Source: an uncultured Treponema sp. (lineage in GTDB: Bacteria > Spirochaetota > Spirochaetia > Treponematales > Treponemataceae). Taken from it: a stretch of DNA of 64,000 nucleotides. The stretch's first letter is position 1; every line of letters starts with the position of its first letter. The notes under the pieces were generated by a model, which worked only from the letters and a program-made list of their open reading frames with translations, had not been told where the DNA came from and searched no databases. Below are positions 19,464 to 28,083 of this stretch, piece by piece. The position numbers were made by a program, and so were the translations under genes. The DNA is taken from assembly GCA_949300145.1 (NCBI GenBank), contig CASGDA010000009.1, forward strand, positions 4,749 to 68,748, in the 5' to 3' direction.

Positions 19464-20480
19464 TCAGTTTGACACCTCGTTTTCCAGTTTATTTCCCGAA
19501 TAAAAGTCCCTTATGTTTCCTAGGGTGACATCGGCGATATTGGAAAGCGCGTTCGTTGTCAAAAAAGCCTGGTGGCTTGTGATGAATACGTTGGGGAATG
19601 TCAGCAGCCTTGCAAGCACATCATCCCTGATTACGTTGGCAGACCAGTCTGTGAAGAAGTACTGGCTCTCCTCCTCGTAAACATCCAGCGCCGCCCCTCC
19701 GATTTCCTGCCGTTTCAAAGCCTGAACCAAGGCATGTGTGTCTATCAGGGCGCCGCGGCCAGTGTTTATGATGACGGCGTCTTTTTTCATCAGTGCCAGA
19801 GACTGCTTGTTCACAATGTGTTTTGTGGTTTCCGTCAGCGGACAGTGCAGGCTTATCACGTCGCATATTTTGAAAAATTCCTCGAGGGGAACATACTTGA
19901 ATTTTTTCTCCTCAGCCCATTTTTTGTCCGGATAAGCGTCGTACAGGACGATATTCATGCCGAATCCGGCGAGCAGTTCCGCCATGATGCGCCCGATTTT
20001 TCCCGTGCCGAGGATTCCCGCCGTAAGCCCGAAAAGATCCCTTCCGGTAAGCCCGTCCAAGGTGAAATTTCCGGTTTTTGTACGCAGGTAAGCCTGCGGA
20101 AGTCTGCGGGTCACCGCCATAAGAAGCCCGACCGCATGTTCCGCAACGGAATGGGGGGAATAAGCCGGAACCCGCACAATTTTAATACCGGCTTCCTTTG
20201 CGGCATTCAAATCCACATTGTTGTATCCCGCGCATCTCATCGCTATGAGTTCCACACCGCATTCCTTCAGTGTTTTTATTACCGCACCGTTTATCACATC
20301 ATTCACAAAAGCGCAGACCACCTTATATCCTTTCGCGGAAAAAGCGGTTTTTGCATTCAAATGAAAATCAAAAAAATCAATGTTGTATAAGAATGAACGG
20401 TTTGCCTCTGTAAATGCGTCACGGTCATAGGTTTTTGCGTCATAGAAAGCTATGTTAACCTGTTCCGGTTTTATTTGCAT
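19464..20480 (-). CDS. ldhA: D-lactate dehydrogenase (D-2-hydroxyacid dehydrogenase)
   Basis: Collinear with E. coli LdhA as I remember it: RCAGYNNVDL, VPAYSPHSVAEH, GILGTGKIGR, SLHCPLT, NTGRGALID, TSHQAFLT. Confidence 0.9.
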   Translation of the reverse strand: MQIKPEQVNIAFYDAKTYDRDAFTEANRSFLYNIDFFDFHLNAKTAFSAKGYKVVCAFVNDVINGAVIKTLKECGVELIAMRCAGYNNVDLNAAKEAGIKIVRVPAYSPHSVAEHAVGLLMAVTRRLPQAYLRTKTGNFTLDGLTGRDLFGLTAGILGTGKIGRIMAELLAGFGMNIVLYDAYPDKKWAEEKKFKYVPLEEFFKICDVISLHCPLTETTKHIVNKQSLALMKKDAVIINTGRGALIDTHALVQALKRQEIGGAALDVYEEESQYFFTDWSANVIRDDVLARLLTFPNVFITSHQAFLTTNALSNIADVTLGNIRDFYSGNKLENEVSN

Positions 20481-20621
20481 TCTGCTCCTCCTTTCTTCCC
20501 TCCTGCTTTGCCGCAGTGGGATTCATCTCTGTTATAAAGATACTGTTTTTTATCTGTTGAATTCAACACAAATAATGTTTATAACATATATATATTTTTA
20601 TAACGATTCTAGGAGAATTTT

Positions 20622-21677
20622 ATGTCCTGTCTTTTCATTCCGGAAAATTATTCATCCTGCCTTTCTGTGAAAGAAACAGAGCAGGCTATAATACGCATAA
20701 AAGAATTTTTTCAAACCGCCCTTTCCACTGAATTGAATTTGTCCAGGGTTACAGCCCCCCTGTTTGTTCCGAAGGGCACCGGCTTGAATGACGATTTGAA
20801 TGGGGTTGAGCGCCCCGTTTCTTTCCCCGTCAAGGATATGGGTGATGTCGAGATGGAGATTGTCCAGTCGCTGGCGAAATGGAAGCGCGTGTGCGTGTCG
20901 GAGCTCGGACTCAAAAGCGGTTTCGGTATTTACACCGATATGAACGCCGTCCGTGCCGACGAGGAACTGGACAACATCCATTCGCTGTATGTTGACCAAT
21001 GGGACTGGGAAAGGGTTATGGACGAATCGGACCGTAACGTGGGCTTTCTGAAAAAGCTTGCCAGCGGGGTTTATTCATGCATAAAGCGGAGCGAATTTTT
21101 TGTTTACGATAATTATCCCGCCTTTGAACCTGTTCTGCCGGAAGAGATAACTTTTATCCATGCCGAAGAGCTTTATGAAATGTACCCCGGTCTTTCCCCT
21201 AAGGAAAGGGAAAACAAAATAGCTGAAAAATACGGGGCTGTTTTTATAATCGGAATAGGCTGCGGGCTGGCGGACGGGGATCCCCATGACGGGCGTGCCC
21301 CCGACTATGATGATTGGATTACCGAGACGGAATCCGGTTCTCTCCGGACGGGAGTGTTCCACGGGCTTAACGGAGATCTTCTGGTTTGGAATAAAACACT
21401 GGGACGGGCTTTCGAGCTTTCTTCGATGGGTATCCGGGTGAACGCAGAATCCCTCCGGAGACAGCTTGAATACAGGTCATGCCCGGAGAGGGCGGAGCTT
21501 TATTTCCATAAAAAGCTTCTTTCCGGGGAACTTGCCCAGACCGCCGGAGGCGGAATCGGCCAGTCCAGGCTGTGCATGTTCCTTCTCCGTAAAGCCCATA
21601 TCGGCGAAACGCAGGCGTCGGTCTGGCCCGCGGACATGAAGGAAGCCTGCCTTAAAGCAGGTATTCACCTGCTTTAA
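20622..21677 (+). CDS. asnA: aspartate--ammonia ligase (asparagine synthetase A)
   Basis: Close to E. coli AsnA throughout: SLAKWKR, VDQWDWERVM, RAPDYDDW, GGGIGQSRLCMFLL. Confidence 0.95.
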   Translation: MSCLFIPENYSSCLSVKETEQAIIRIKEFFQTALSTELNLSRVTAPLFVPKGTGLNDDLNGVERPVSFPVKDMGDVEMEIVQSLAKWKRVCVSELGLKSGFGIYTDMNAVRADEELDNIHSLYVDQWDWERVMDESDRNVGFLKKLASGVYSCIKRSEFFVYDNYPAFEPVLPEEITFIHAEELYEMYPGLSPKERENKIAEKYGAVFIIGIGCGLADGDPHDGRAPDYDDWITETESGSLRTGVFHGLNGDLLVWNKTLGRAFELSSMGIRVNAESLRRQLEYRSCPERAELYFHKKLLSGELAQTAGGGIGQSRLCMFLLRKAHIGETQASVWPADMKEACLKAGIHLL

Positions 21678-21759
21678 GTGCTTTAAGGCGCGCGGCGCGG
21701 CAGTGCTTCAGCGTACTGCGAAACCGCCGCGTCCCTGTGCCTGCCGTCCGCTTTGTTTT

Positions 21760-22974
21760 TTATTTTGCGGAAAGCTCCGCCGTTTTTTCGGCTATCCTGT
21801 CGATGAACTCCCACGAATCAAGGATTTCCTTTGCGGACGGATCGGCGAGTTTCGCGAGATCCCCGGTCATGACCCCGCTTTCTATCACGGAGACCACGGC
21901 TTTTTCCAGTGTGGCGGCGAATTCCGCAAGCTCCGGAGTCCCGTCAAGCTCCGCCCGTTTCGCGAGGGCCCCCGTCCAGGCGAAAATCAGGGCGACGGGG
22001 TTCGTGGATGTCTTTTCGCCCTTGAGGTATTTGTAATAGTGCCTTTGCACGGTGCCGTGGGCCGCCTCGTATTCAAAATACCCCTCGGGAGAGACAAGGA
22101 CGCTGGTCATCATCGCCAGACTTCCTGAGGCCGATGCGACCATGTCGCTCATGACGTCGCCGTCATAGTTTTTGCAGGCCCACAGGATTCCGCCGCCGCA
22201 CTTCATGATGCGCGCCACCGCGTCGTCAATCAGCGTGTAAAAATACTCGAGGCCGGCTTTTTCAAATTTTTCCCTGTATTCCGCGTCAAAGACCCTCCGG
22301 AATATTTCCTTGAATTTTCCGTCATAGGTTTTTGAGATTGTGTCTTTTGTCGCGAACCAGAGGTCGATTCCTTCGGAAAGGGCGTAGACAAAGCAGGCGC
22401 GTGCGAAACTTTCAATAGACTTGTCCAGATTATGCACCGCCTGCAGGATTCCCGGTCCCGGCATTTCCATTATGGTTTTGCGCACTTCTTTCCCGTCTTT
22501 CCCGGTGAATACCAGCTCCGCTTTTCCGGGGCCGTCCACCGCCATCTCGCAGCTTTTGTAGACATCCCCGTATGCGTGTCTGCCGAGGACTATGGGCTTT
22601 TTCCAGCAGGAAACCGTCGGGTGTATGTTCGATACGATGATAGGCTTGCGGAAAACCGTTCCGTCAAGTTCCGCCCTGATTATTCCGTTGGGGCTCGGGG
22701 AAAGCCGCTTCAGATTGTATTCTTCCATCCGTGCCGCGTTCGAGGTTATTGTGGCGCATTTGACGCCCACTTTGAGCCTTTTTATGGCGGCGGCGGCTTC
22801 GTATGTGACCCTGTCCTCAGTCTCATCCCGTTCTTTCAGTCCGAGGTCAAAATATTCGGTTTTCAAATCCACGAAGGGAAGAAGGAGCTTTTCTTTTATC
22901 ACGCCCCACAAAACCCGTGTCATCTCATCGCCGTCAAGTTCGGCGACGGCATTCTTCATCTGTATTCCAGCCAT
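21760..22974 (-). CDS. icd: NADP-dependent isocitrate dehydrogenase (eukaryote-like homodimeric type)
   Basis: [20 protein letters not shown] and HGTVQRHY motifs. The ATG at 22974 (MAGIQMKN) is preceded by AAGAGG. The ORF track extends to 23004. Confidence 0.9.
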   Translation of the reverse strand: MAGIQMKNAVAELDGDEMTRVLWGVIKEKLLLPFVDLKTEYFDLGLKERDETEDRVTYEAAAAIKRLKVGVKCATITSNAARMEEYNLKRLSPSPNGIIRAELDGTVFRKPIIVSNIHPTVSCWKKPIVLGRHAYGDVYKSCEMAVDGPGKAELVFTGKDGKEVRKTIMEMPGPGILQAVHNLDKSIESFARACFVYALSEGIDLWFATKDTISKTYDGKFKEIFRRVFDAEYREKFEKAGLEYFYTLIDDAVARIMKCGGGILWACKNYDGDVMSDMVASASGSLAMMTSVLVSPEGYFEYEAAHGTVQRHYYKYLKGEKTSTNPVALIFAWTGALAKRAELDGTPELAEFAATLEKAVVSVIESGVMTGDLAKLADPSAKEILDSWEFIDRIAEKTAELSAK

Positions 22975-23061
22975 ATGTACCTCTTGAATCCGTTTTCCGT
23001 GCAAGAGTACCCCATTCCGCCCTTTTTTTCAATGTTCCGGCCCGCCAGCCACGCTCAGGGC

Positions 23062-23091
23062 AAAAAAATACCCCGGAAAGATTCTCCGGGG
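23062..23091 (-). terminator. rho-independent terminator after fba
   Basis: Stem ccccgga (23071-23077) / tccgggg (23085-23091), followed on the minus strand by tattttttt. A second hairpin, ttttcccc/ggggaaaa, lies at 23103-23128. Confidence 0.6.
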
Positions 23092-23138
23092 CCTGCACGC
23101 TGTTTTCCCCCTGCGCTTCAGGGGAAAAACGGTGTCAT

Positions 23139-24146
23139 TCAGTCATCAAGGTGTCCAGCTGAACCGAGGACATCGGTATTTTTGTGCATATACAGCTTTT
23201 TCAGCTCGTCCCGTGCGGGTCCGAGGTATTTGCGGGGGTCGAATTCCTCCGGCTTTTCCGCGAAGACCTTGCGGATGGCGGCTGTCATGGCAAGGCGTCC
23301 GTCGGAGTCAATGTTGATTTTGCAGACGGCGGATTTTGCGGCCTTGCGGAGCTGGTCCTCGGGGATTCCCACGGAGTCGGCGAGTTTTCCGCCGAACTGT
23401 TCAATCTGGCGCACATATTCCATCGGAACTGAAGACGAACCGTGGAGGACGATCGGGAAGCCGGGGAGTTTCTTTTCGATTTCGGCAAGGACGTCGAAGG
23501 CCAGCGGAGGGGGAACGAGAACGCCGTCGGCGTTGCGGGTGCACTGCTCCGGTTTGAATTTGCAGCGACCGTGGCTTGTGCCGATTGAAATCGCGAGGGA
23601 ATCGACGCCTGTTTTGGACACGAAGTCCTGGACTTCCTCAGGTTTTGTGTAATGGCTTTCCTCCGCCACAACATCGTCCTCCACACCGGCGAGAACCCCG
23701 AGCTCTCCCTCGACGGTCACATAGTCTTTCTGGCTGTGGGCGAAATCGCACACTTTCTTGGTGAGGGCGACGTTCTCGTCATAGGGGAGGGAAGAGCCGT
23801 CTATCATGACGGATGAAAATCCCATCTCGATGCAGGATTTGCACAGCTCGAAAGAATCCCCGTGGTCGAGGTGGAGTACAATCTGGGGGTTCGCGCATCC
23901 CAGCTCTTTCGCATATTCGACGGCTCCCTGCGCCATATAGCGGAGCAGGGTCTGGTTCGCGTATTTGCGTGCTCCGGATGAAACCTGGAGGATGACAGGT
24001 GATTTTGTTTCGACGCAGGCCTGGATTATAGCCTGAAGCTGCTCCATGTTGTTGAAATTGTAGGCAGGAATGGCATAACCGCCTTTAACCGCTTTAGCGA
24101 ACATCTCCTTGGTGTTCACAAGTCCCAGTTCCTTATAACTTACCAT
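23139..24146 (-). CDS. fba: class II fructose-bisphosphate aldolase
   Basis: HLDHG and SIGTSHG motifs, plus a typical class II N-terminus. Confidence 0.93.
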   Translation of the reverse strand: MVSYKELGLVNTKEMFAKAVKGGYAIPAYNFNNMEQLQAIIQACVETKSPVILQVSSGARKYANQTLLRYMAQGAVEYAKELGCANPQIVLHLDHGDSFELCKSCIEMGFSSVMIDGSSLPYDENVALTKKVCDFAHSQKDYVTVEGELGVLAGVEDDVVAEESHYTKPEEVQDFVSKTGVDSLAISIGTSHGRCKFKPEQCTRNADGVLVPPPLAFDVLAEIEKKLPGFPIVLHGSSSVPMEYVRQIEQFGGKLADSVGIPEDQLRKAAKSAVCKINIDSDGRLAMTAAIRKVFAEKPEEFDPRKYLGPARDELKKLYMHKNTDVLGSAGHLDD

Positions 24147-24244
24147 AAACGGCTCCTTATAAAATATTATTGCTTACAGTTTGGAATTATCCGCGTCTTT
24201 TGTCAATGGATTCAGCGCGGTTATATTTTAAATGAATAAACAAT

Positions 24245-24273
24245 TTGACAAAGATTTTTTATAACAATATAAT
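24245..24273 (+). promoter_or_regulatory. consensus sigma-70 promoter for the FlaA-family gene pair
   Basis: TTGACA (24245-24250), a 17-nt spacer, then TATAAT (24268-24273). The start codon is about 58 nt downstream and has AAGGAG. Confidence 0.6.
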
Positions 24274-24337
24274 AAGTTTCAGCATATTTTTGACGATGAT
24301 GAAGTAGTGTACTAATAGGTGCAAAAAGGAGTTTGGG

Positions 24338-25117
24338 ATGAGACAAGGAGCGTTTGTCATCGCAGGATTCGCGTTATTGATGGGAATATTCGCGTTTCCG
24401 GCTTTTGCCCAGAGCCGGTCAGTTAATTACGAGACCTATATCGTGGATAATTTTGATAATCCTGATGAGGTTGACTGGACTTGGACAGCTGTAGGAAGTA
24501 AATTTATTACGGAAGGCTATCCTGTTTTGAAATATTTTGACGGGATGCCTAATGCCATGAGGGTAATGCAAACAGGGCCTGACAGTGAATACAAGATTAT
24601 GGGTGTTGAATTCAAGTTCAACAGGCAGGGCGATAACTGGGTTGATATTATCCCGATGACCACACAGGAAAATGAGGACGGGGAAGAGGAAACCGTTCCC
24701 TATGAAATCCCCTTCCGTGGTATTGTTTCCCGCATTGATATGTGGGTTTGGGGTGCAGGATACCTTTACCAGCTTGAAATTCTGGTCCGGGATTGTTTCG
24801 GACGTGTCCATGCGCTTCCGATGGGTTGGTTGAATCATGAGGGTTGGAAAAATCTTTCAGTCAATGTTTCTACCGGTATCCCCCAGACTTCACGGTATAT
24901 CGGGGATAACCAGAATATGACGCTGGTTGCCCTCCGTCTCAGGACAAAACCCACTGAACGGGTTGATAACTTCTATGTTTTCTTTGACCAGCTGAAAGTT
25001 TTGACAGATACTTACAGACCTTCTTATGATGGTTTTGAGCTTATAAATGCGGATTTTACCGAAGAAGAGTCTTCCCAGACCAATGAATCCGCGGTACAGG
25101 AGGAGACCGGCAGATGA
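24338..25117 (+). CDS. secreted protein, FlaA-family-like (flagellar filament outer-layer protein family), paralogue 1
   Basis: Signal peptide ending AFAQS. It is a clear paralogue of the next gene: DMWVWGAGYLYQLEILVRDCFGRVHALPMGWLNHEGWKNLSV vs VSVWVVGRNFNHTLKLLLKDYWGRDFELYMGKLNHSGWKLMTV, and YVFFDQLKVLTD vs FIYFDDLRAVAD. The family call comes from memory of treponemal FlaA-like ~240-aa proteins next to fba. Confidence 0.5.
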   Translation: MRQGAFVIAGFALLMGIFAFPAFAQSRSVNYETYIVDNFDNPDEVDWTWTAVGSKFITEGYPVLKYFDGMPNAMRVMQTGPDSEYKIMGVEFKFNRQGDNWVDIIPMTTQENEDGEEETVPYEIPFRGIVSRIDMWVWGAGYLYQLEILVRDCFGRVHALPMGWLNHEGWKNLSVNVSTGIPQTSRYIGDNQNMTLVALRLRTKPTERVDNFYVFFDQLKVLTDTYRPSYDGFELINADFTEEESSQTNESAVQEETGR

Positions 25118-25851
25118 AAAAGTTGTTTTTCCTAATACCGGCAGTTTTAGTTTTTCTGGGTGTTTTTCTCTTCGCCCAGACTGCGGAATCTTACAATGTT
25201 GATTCTCCGAATGCCGAGGAGGTGGGGGTTACTTCCGCTGAATTAGCTCTGAAAGAAGTTTCGGTTGACAAGTTTGAATCGGAGGGAACATGGCGGTCCA
25301 GTATTTCCCCTGACGAAGGCGTCATAAAAAGCAGGCTTTTCAACGGTTCTCCGGCAGGAAAGCAGCCGATTCCCGAAGAGGAAGGTCTTGATATTCCCGA
25401 TGAAATGGTTCTTGGAACCCGTGTGGATTTTTACCGCCGCGGACACAATTCCTTCTCTGTGACGGCTGTCCGTCCCCTCCCTATTGAAGGCATCGCGAAA
25501 ACCGTCAGTGTCTGGGTTGTAGGACGTAATTTCAATCATACCCTCAAGCTTCTTCTGAAGGATTACTGGGGCCGCGATTTTGAGCTCTATATGGGAAAAC
25601 TCAACCATTCCGGCTGGAAGCTGATGACGGTTGCGATTCCCCCGCAGAATCCGGACGGTAAAAACGGTATTATCCAGAAAGATTACCATTATGGAAACAG
25701 ACTTGGTCTCAAGATTGTCGGATTCCGTGTTGACTGCGATCCTGAAGACGCATACGGCAGTTACTTCATATACTTTGATGATTTGAGGGCTGTCGCGGAC
25801 TTGTATGACCTTCAGGCCAGGGATAAGGACGATATGTTCGATAACTGGTGA
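25114..25851 (+). CDS. secreted protein, FlaA-family-like, paralogue 2
   Basis: ATGA overlap with the previous gene. Signal peptide ending LFAQT. Paralogy as described for paralogue 1. Confidence 0.5.
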   Translation: MKKLFFLIPAVLVFLGVFLFAQTAESYNVDSPNAEEVGVTSAELALKEVSVDKFESEGTWRSSISPDEGVIKSRLFNGSPAGKQPIPEEEGLDIPDEMVLGTRVDFYRRGHNSFSVTAVRPLPIEGIAKTVSVWVVGRNFNHTLKLLLKDYWGRDFELYMGKLNHSGWKLMTVAIPPQNPDGKNGIIQKDYHYGNRLGLKIVGFRVDCDPEDAYGSYFIYFDDLRAVADLYDLQARDKDDMFDNW

Positions 25852-25889
25852 TTCTGAGATTTAGGATGCCGGATACGCTTTCCGGCTGT

Positions 25890-25920
25890 AAAAAAGACCG
25901 CTTACCGGCGGTCTTTTTTT
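25890..25920. terminator. bidirectional rho-independent terminator
   Basis: aaaaaa-gaccgc (25896-25901), loop ttaccg, then gcggtc (25908-25913)-ttttttt. It lies between convergent genes. Confidence 0.7.
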
Positions 25921-25977
25921 ATGCCTTTCCGCCTGAAACCCGGCACCTGAGCCAGACAGGGAAGTCCGGAGGGGAAA

Positions 25978-26256
25978 TCAGCGCACATAGGGCAGTAATT
26001 CCGCCGCTGACATCTGTTCCAGGAAATAAACCTCCACAGTCAGGCCTCTTTCTTCCTGTGTCCGTTTCCCGCACACATGATATGCCAGGGTTCTTTCCGT
26101 TTCCAGGGGAAGCAGGTGCGGGTTCCCGTTCACATCCAGGAGGGCTCTTGTGTCCGGCGGGCTGCTTGTTTCGACGCGGTCACCGTCAGGAAAAACCAGA
26201 TAATATTCGTACAACTGCATATTCCTGAATATATCCCCTGCCTGTTTATTTTTCAA
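25978..26256 (-). CDS. hypothetical small protein
   Basis: 92-aa ORF (TTG). An alternative ATG at 26220 gives MQLYEYYLVFPDG... No family recognised. It is divergent from mraZ. Confidence 0.4.
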   Translation of the reverse strand: MKNKQAGDIFRNMQLYEYYLVFPDGDRVETSSPPDTRALLDVNGNPHLLPLETERTLAYHVCGKRTQEERGLTVEVYFLEQMSAAELLPYVR

Positions 26257-26311
26257 TCCTGTTTTTTATCCCGCAAAAAATTCTCTTTTTTTAAAAAACT
26301 GAAAAAGTTGA

Positions 26312-26339
26312 TTGACATTCTCTATTTTGTTGGTAAAAT
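26312..26339 (+). promoter_or_regulatory. sigma-70 promoter of the mraZ/dcw operon
   Basis: TTGACA (26312-26317), a 16-nt spacer, then TGgTAAAAT (extended -10, 26331-26339). Confidence 0.6.
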
Positions 26340-26349
26340 GTAGCATTGG

Positions 26350-26389
26350 GTGGGAAAAAGTGGGAGAAAGTAGGAGAAAGTGGAATCTG
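26350..26389 (+). promoter_or_regulatory. putative MraZ operator: four direct repeats with 10-bp phasing
   Basis: GTGGGAAAAA, GTGGGAGAAA, GTAGGAGAAA and GTGGAATCTG start at 26350, 26360, 26370 and 26380. The array begins just downstream of the -10, and the last unit contains the annotated GTG start. Confidence 0.55.
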
Positions 26390-26829
26390 GGTTGCTAACA
26401 GGAGAATACCGCAACACGCTTGACGAGAAGGGACGTATTTTGTTCCCCGTGCGTTTGCGCTCTGAGTTGAACTGTTCCTCTCTTGTCCTGACCCGGGGTC
26501 CGGACAAGTGTCTCTGGCTTTTTCCTCCTGAGCAATGGCGGATTTTATGCGGAAAACTGATGACAGCCGCATCGCCTTTTCAGTCTCAGCCCCGTTCCGT
26601 ATTGCGCCGTCTTGTCGCTCCCGCCCAGGAGGTGGAGCTGGACAAAAACGGGCGTATATCAATTCCGCAGAGTCTGCGGGTTTATGCCGGTCTTGAGAAG
26701 GACTGTCTGTTTCTGGGAATAGACAAATACTTTGAGCTTTGGGACTCGGATACATATGAAGAATATTTAGGGGAGAGTGAGGCGGATTTTAAAAGCGCGA
26801 CGGAAAATCTCGGCGGAATCTGTCTTTAA
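26380..26829 (+). CDS. mraZ: transcriptional regulator MraZ
   Basis: Duplicated DEKGRILFP / DKNGRISIP (DxxxR SpoVT-AbrB) motifs. The start is uncertain: GTG 26380 or TTG 26392. Confidence 0.9.
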   Translation: MESGLLTGEYRNTLDEKGRILFPVRLRSELNCSSLVLTRGPDKCLWLFPPEQWRILCGKLMTAASPFQSQPRSVLRRLVAPAQEVELDKNGRISIPQSLRVYAGLEKDCLFLGIDKYFELWDSDTYEEYLGESEADFKSATENLGGICL

Positions 26830-26834
26830 TTGCG

Positions 26835-27803
26835 ATGGAAATTATTCATACGCCTGTTTTATTGCAGGAGTGTTTAAATTTACTTTGTCCCAGGGAAAAT
26901 CCTCCGCAGGGAAAGCCTGTCATGGTTGACGGTACTCTGGGAGAGGGGGGACATACCGAAGCTTTCCTGACCCGTTACGGTTGTCTGACTGTTGCGGGGG
27001 TGGACGCGGATTCTGTGATGCTGAATCGGGCGAAAACCAGGCTGGCGGATTTTTCTTCCCGGATAAAGTTTTTCAACGTTTGGTCCGACTCCTTTTTTTC
27101 CGCATATCCTGAGGAACTTCCCGCGCCGGAAATCATCCTGTGCGACCTGGGTATTTCCCTTTTTCATTATGAGAAATCCGGAAGAGGCTTTTCCTTCCGT
27201 GCGGGAGAACCGCTGGACATGAGGCTTGATCCTTCCTATCCCGAATCCGCCGCTGACATTGTGAATAAACGCAGTGAAAGCGACCTTGCGGATATTATTT
27301 TCAAATTCGGCGAGGAAAGGTATTCCAGGCGCATAGCCTCCAGCATTGTCTTGAGGCGGAAGGGCGCTCCTTTCAGGGTCGCGTCTGATTTGGCTGAGTG
27401 TGTTTATTCGGCTGTTCCTCCGGCTTACAGGCACGGGAAGCTTCATCCCGCAACCCGCACTTTCCAGGCCCTGAGGATAGCCGTAAACGGTGAATTGGAG
27501 CGGCTCCCCCGGATTCTGGAAAAAGGTTTCTCCGTTTTGGCGGAGGGAGGTCTTTTCGGTGTCATAACCTTTCATTCCCTGGAAGACAGAATGGTGAAAA
27601 ATTATTTCAGAAATTTGTCCAGAAGCTGTACGTGTCCCCCTGAAATGCCGATATGTAAATGCGGGGGAAAACCCAGGGCTGAGTTGATTACAAAAAAAGC
27701 CGTGAAACCTTCCGAGGAAGAAAAAAGGGTTAATCCTCCGTCAAGGAGCGCGCGCCTGCGTGTGGTGAGAAAGCTTATTTGCGGGGAGAAGTCAAGTGCT
27801 TAA
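26835..27803 (+). CDS. rsmH: 16S rRNA (cytosine1402-N4)-methyltransferase
   Basis: HTPVLLQE and DGTLGEGGH motifs, and the position directly after mraZ. Confidence 0.93.
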   Translation: MEIIHTPVLLQECLNLLCPRENPPQGKPVMVDGTLGEGGHTEAFLTRYGCLTVAGVDADSVMLNRAKTRLADFSSRIKFFNVWSDSFFSAYPEELPAPEIILCDLGISLFHYEKSGRGFSFRAGEPLDMRLDPSYPESAADIVNKRSESDLADIIFKFGEERYSRRIASSIVLRRKGAPFRVASDLAECVYSAVPPAYRHGKLHPATRTFQALRIAVNGELERLPRILEKGFSVLAEGGLFGVITFHSLEDRMVKNYFRNLSRSCTCPPEMPICKCGGKPRAELITKKAVKPSEEEKRVNPPSRSARLRVVRKLICGEKSSA

Positions 27804-28083
27804 AAATATTATCGCTGTTTTTTTGGTGTTGTCCATACCGTTTTTCCTTTTTTCCACGATTTGGCAGAGTCTGGAACATTCCGCCCTGGAGAATGAGGTT
27901 TCACGGCTTGATAAGGAACAGTATGAGGTTATAAGCGTGAACCGCCGGTTTATTTCCGGTATAACGGTTCTTTCCACCCCCGAGAGGATAGAAAAACTTG
28001 CGGTTGAAGAGCTGGGAATGCGGAAAGCCGAGGCGGGGGATATTATGCGTATTGAATTAAAAGAGAGCGGGAATAGTGATTAG
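27796..28083 (+). CDS. ftsL: cell division protein FtsL-like
   Basis: 95 aa with a single N-terminal TM segment followed by a coiled region. It sits in the canonical position after rsmH. Confidence 0.6.
   Translation: MLKNIIAVFLVLSIPFFLFSTIWQSLEHSALENEVSRLDKEQYEVISVNRRFISGITVLSTPERIEKLAVEELGMRKAEAGDIMRIELKESGNSD

Noticed and set aside
19572-20390. 272-aa plus-strand ORF
   Set aside because: It is antisense to ldhA, which aligns end to end with E. coli LdhA as I remember it.
22432-23652. 406-aa ORF on the plus strand spanning the icd-fba region
   Set aside because: It is antisense to two strongly recognisable genes (icd, fba) and crosses their intergenic terminators. The sequence is Arg/Ser/Pro-rich low complexity, typical of a stop-poor antisense frame in GC-rich coding DNA.
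26350-26389. Tandem repeats considered as a CRISPR or minisatellite
   Set aside because: The units are only 10 bp, number four, and are degenerate. They sit exactly in the promoter-leader of mraZ, which fits an operator and not a CRISPR array.
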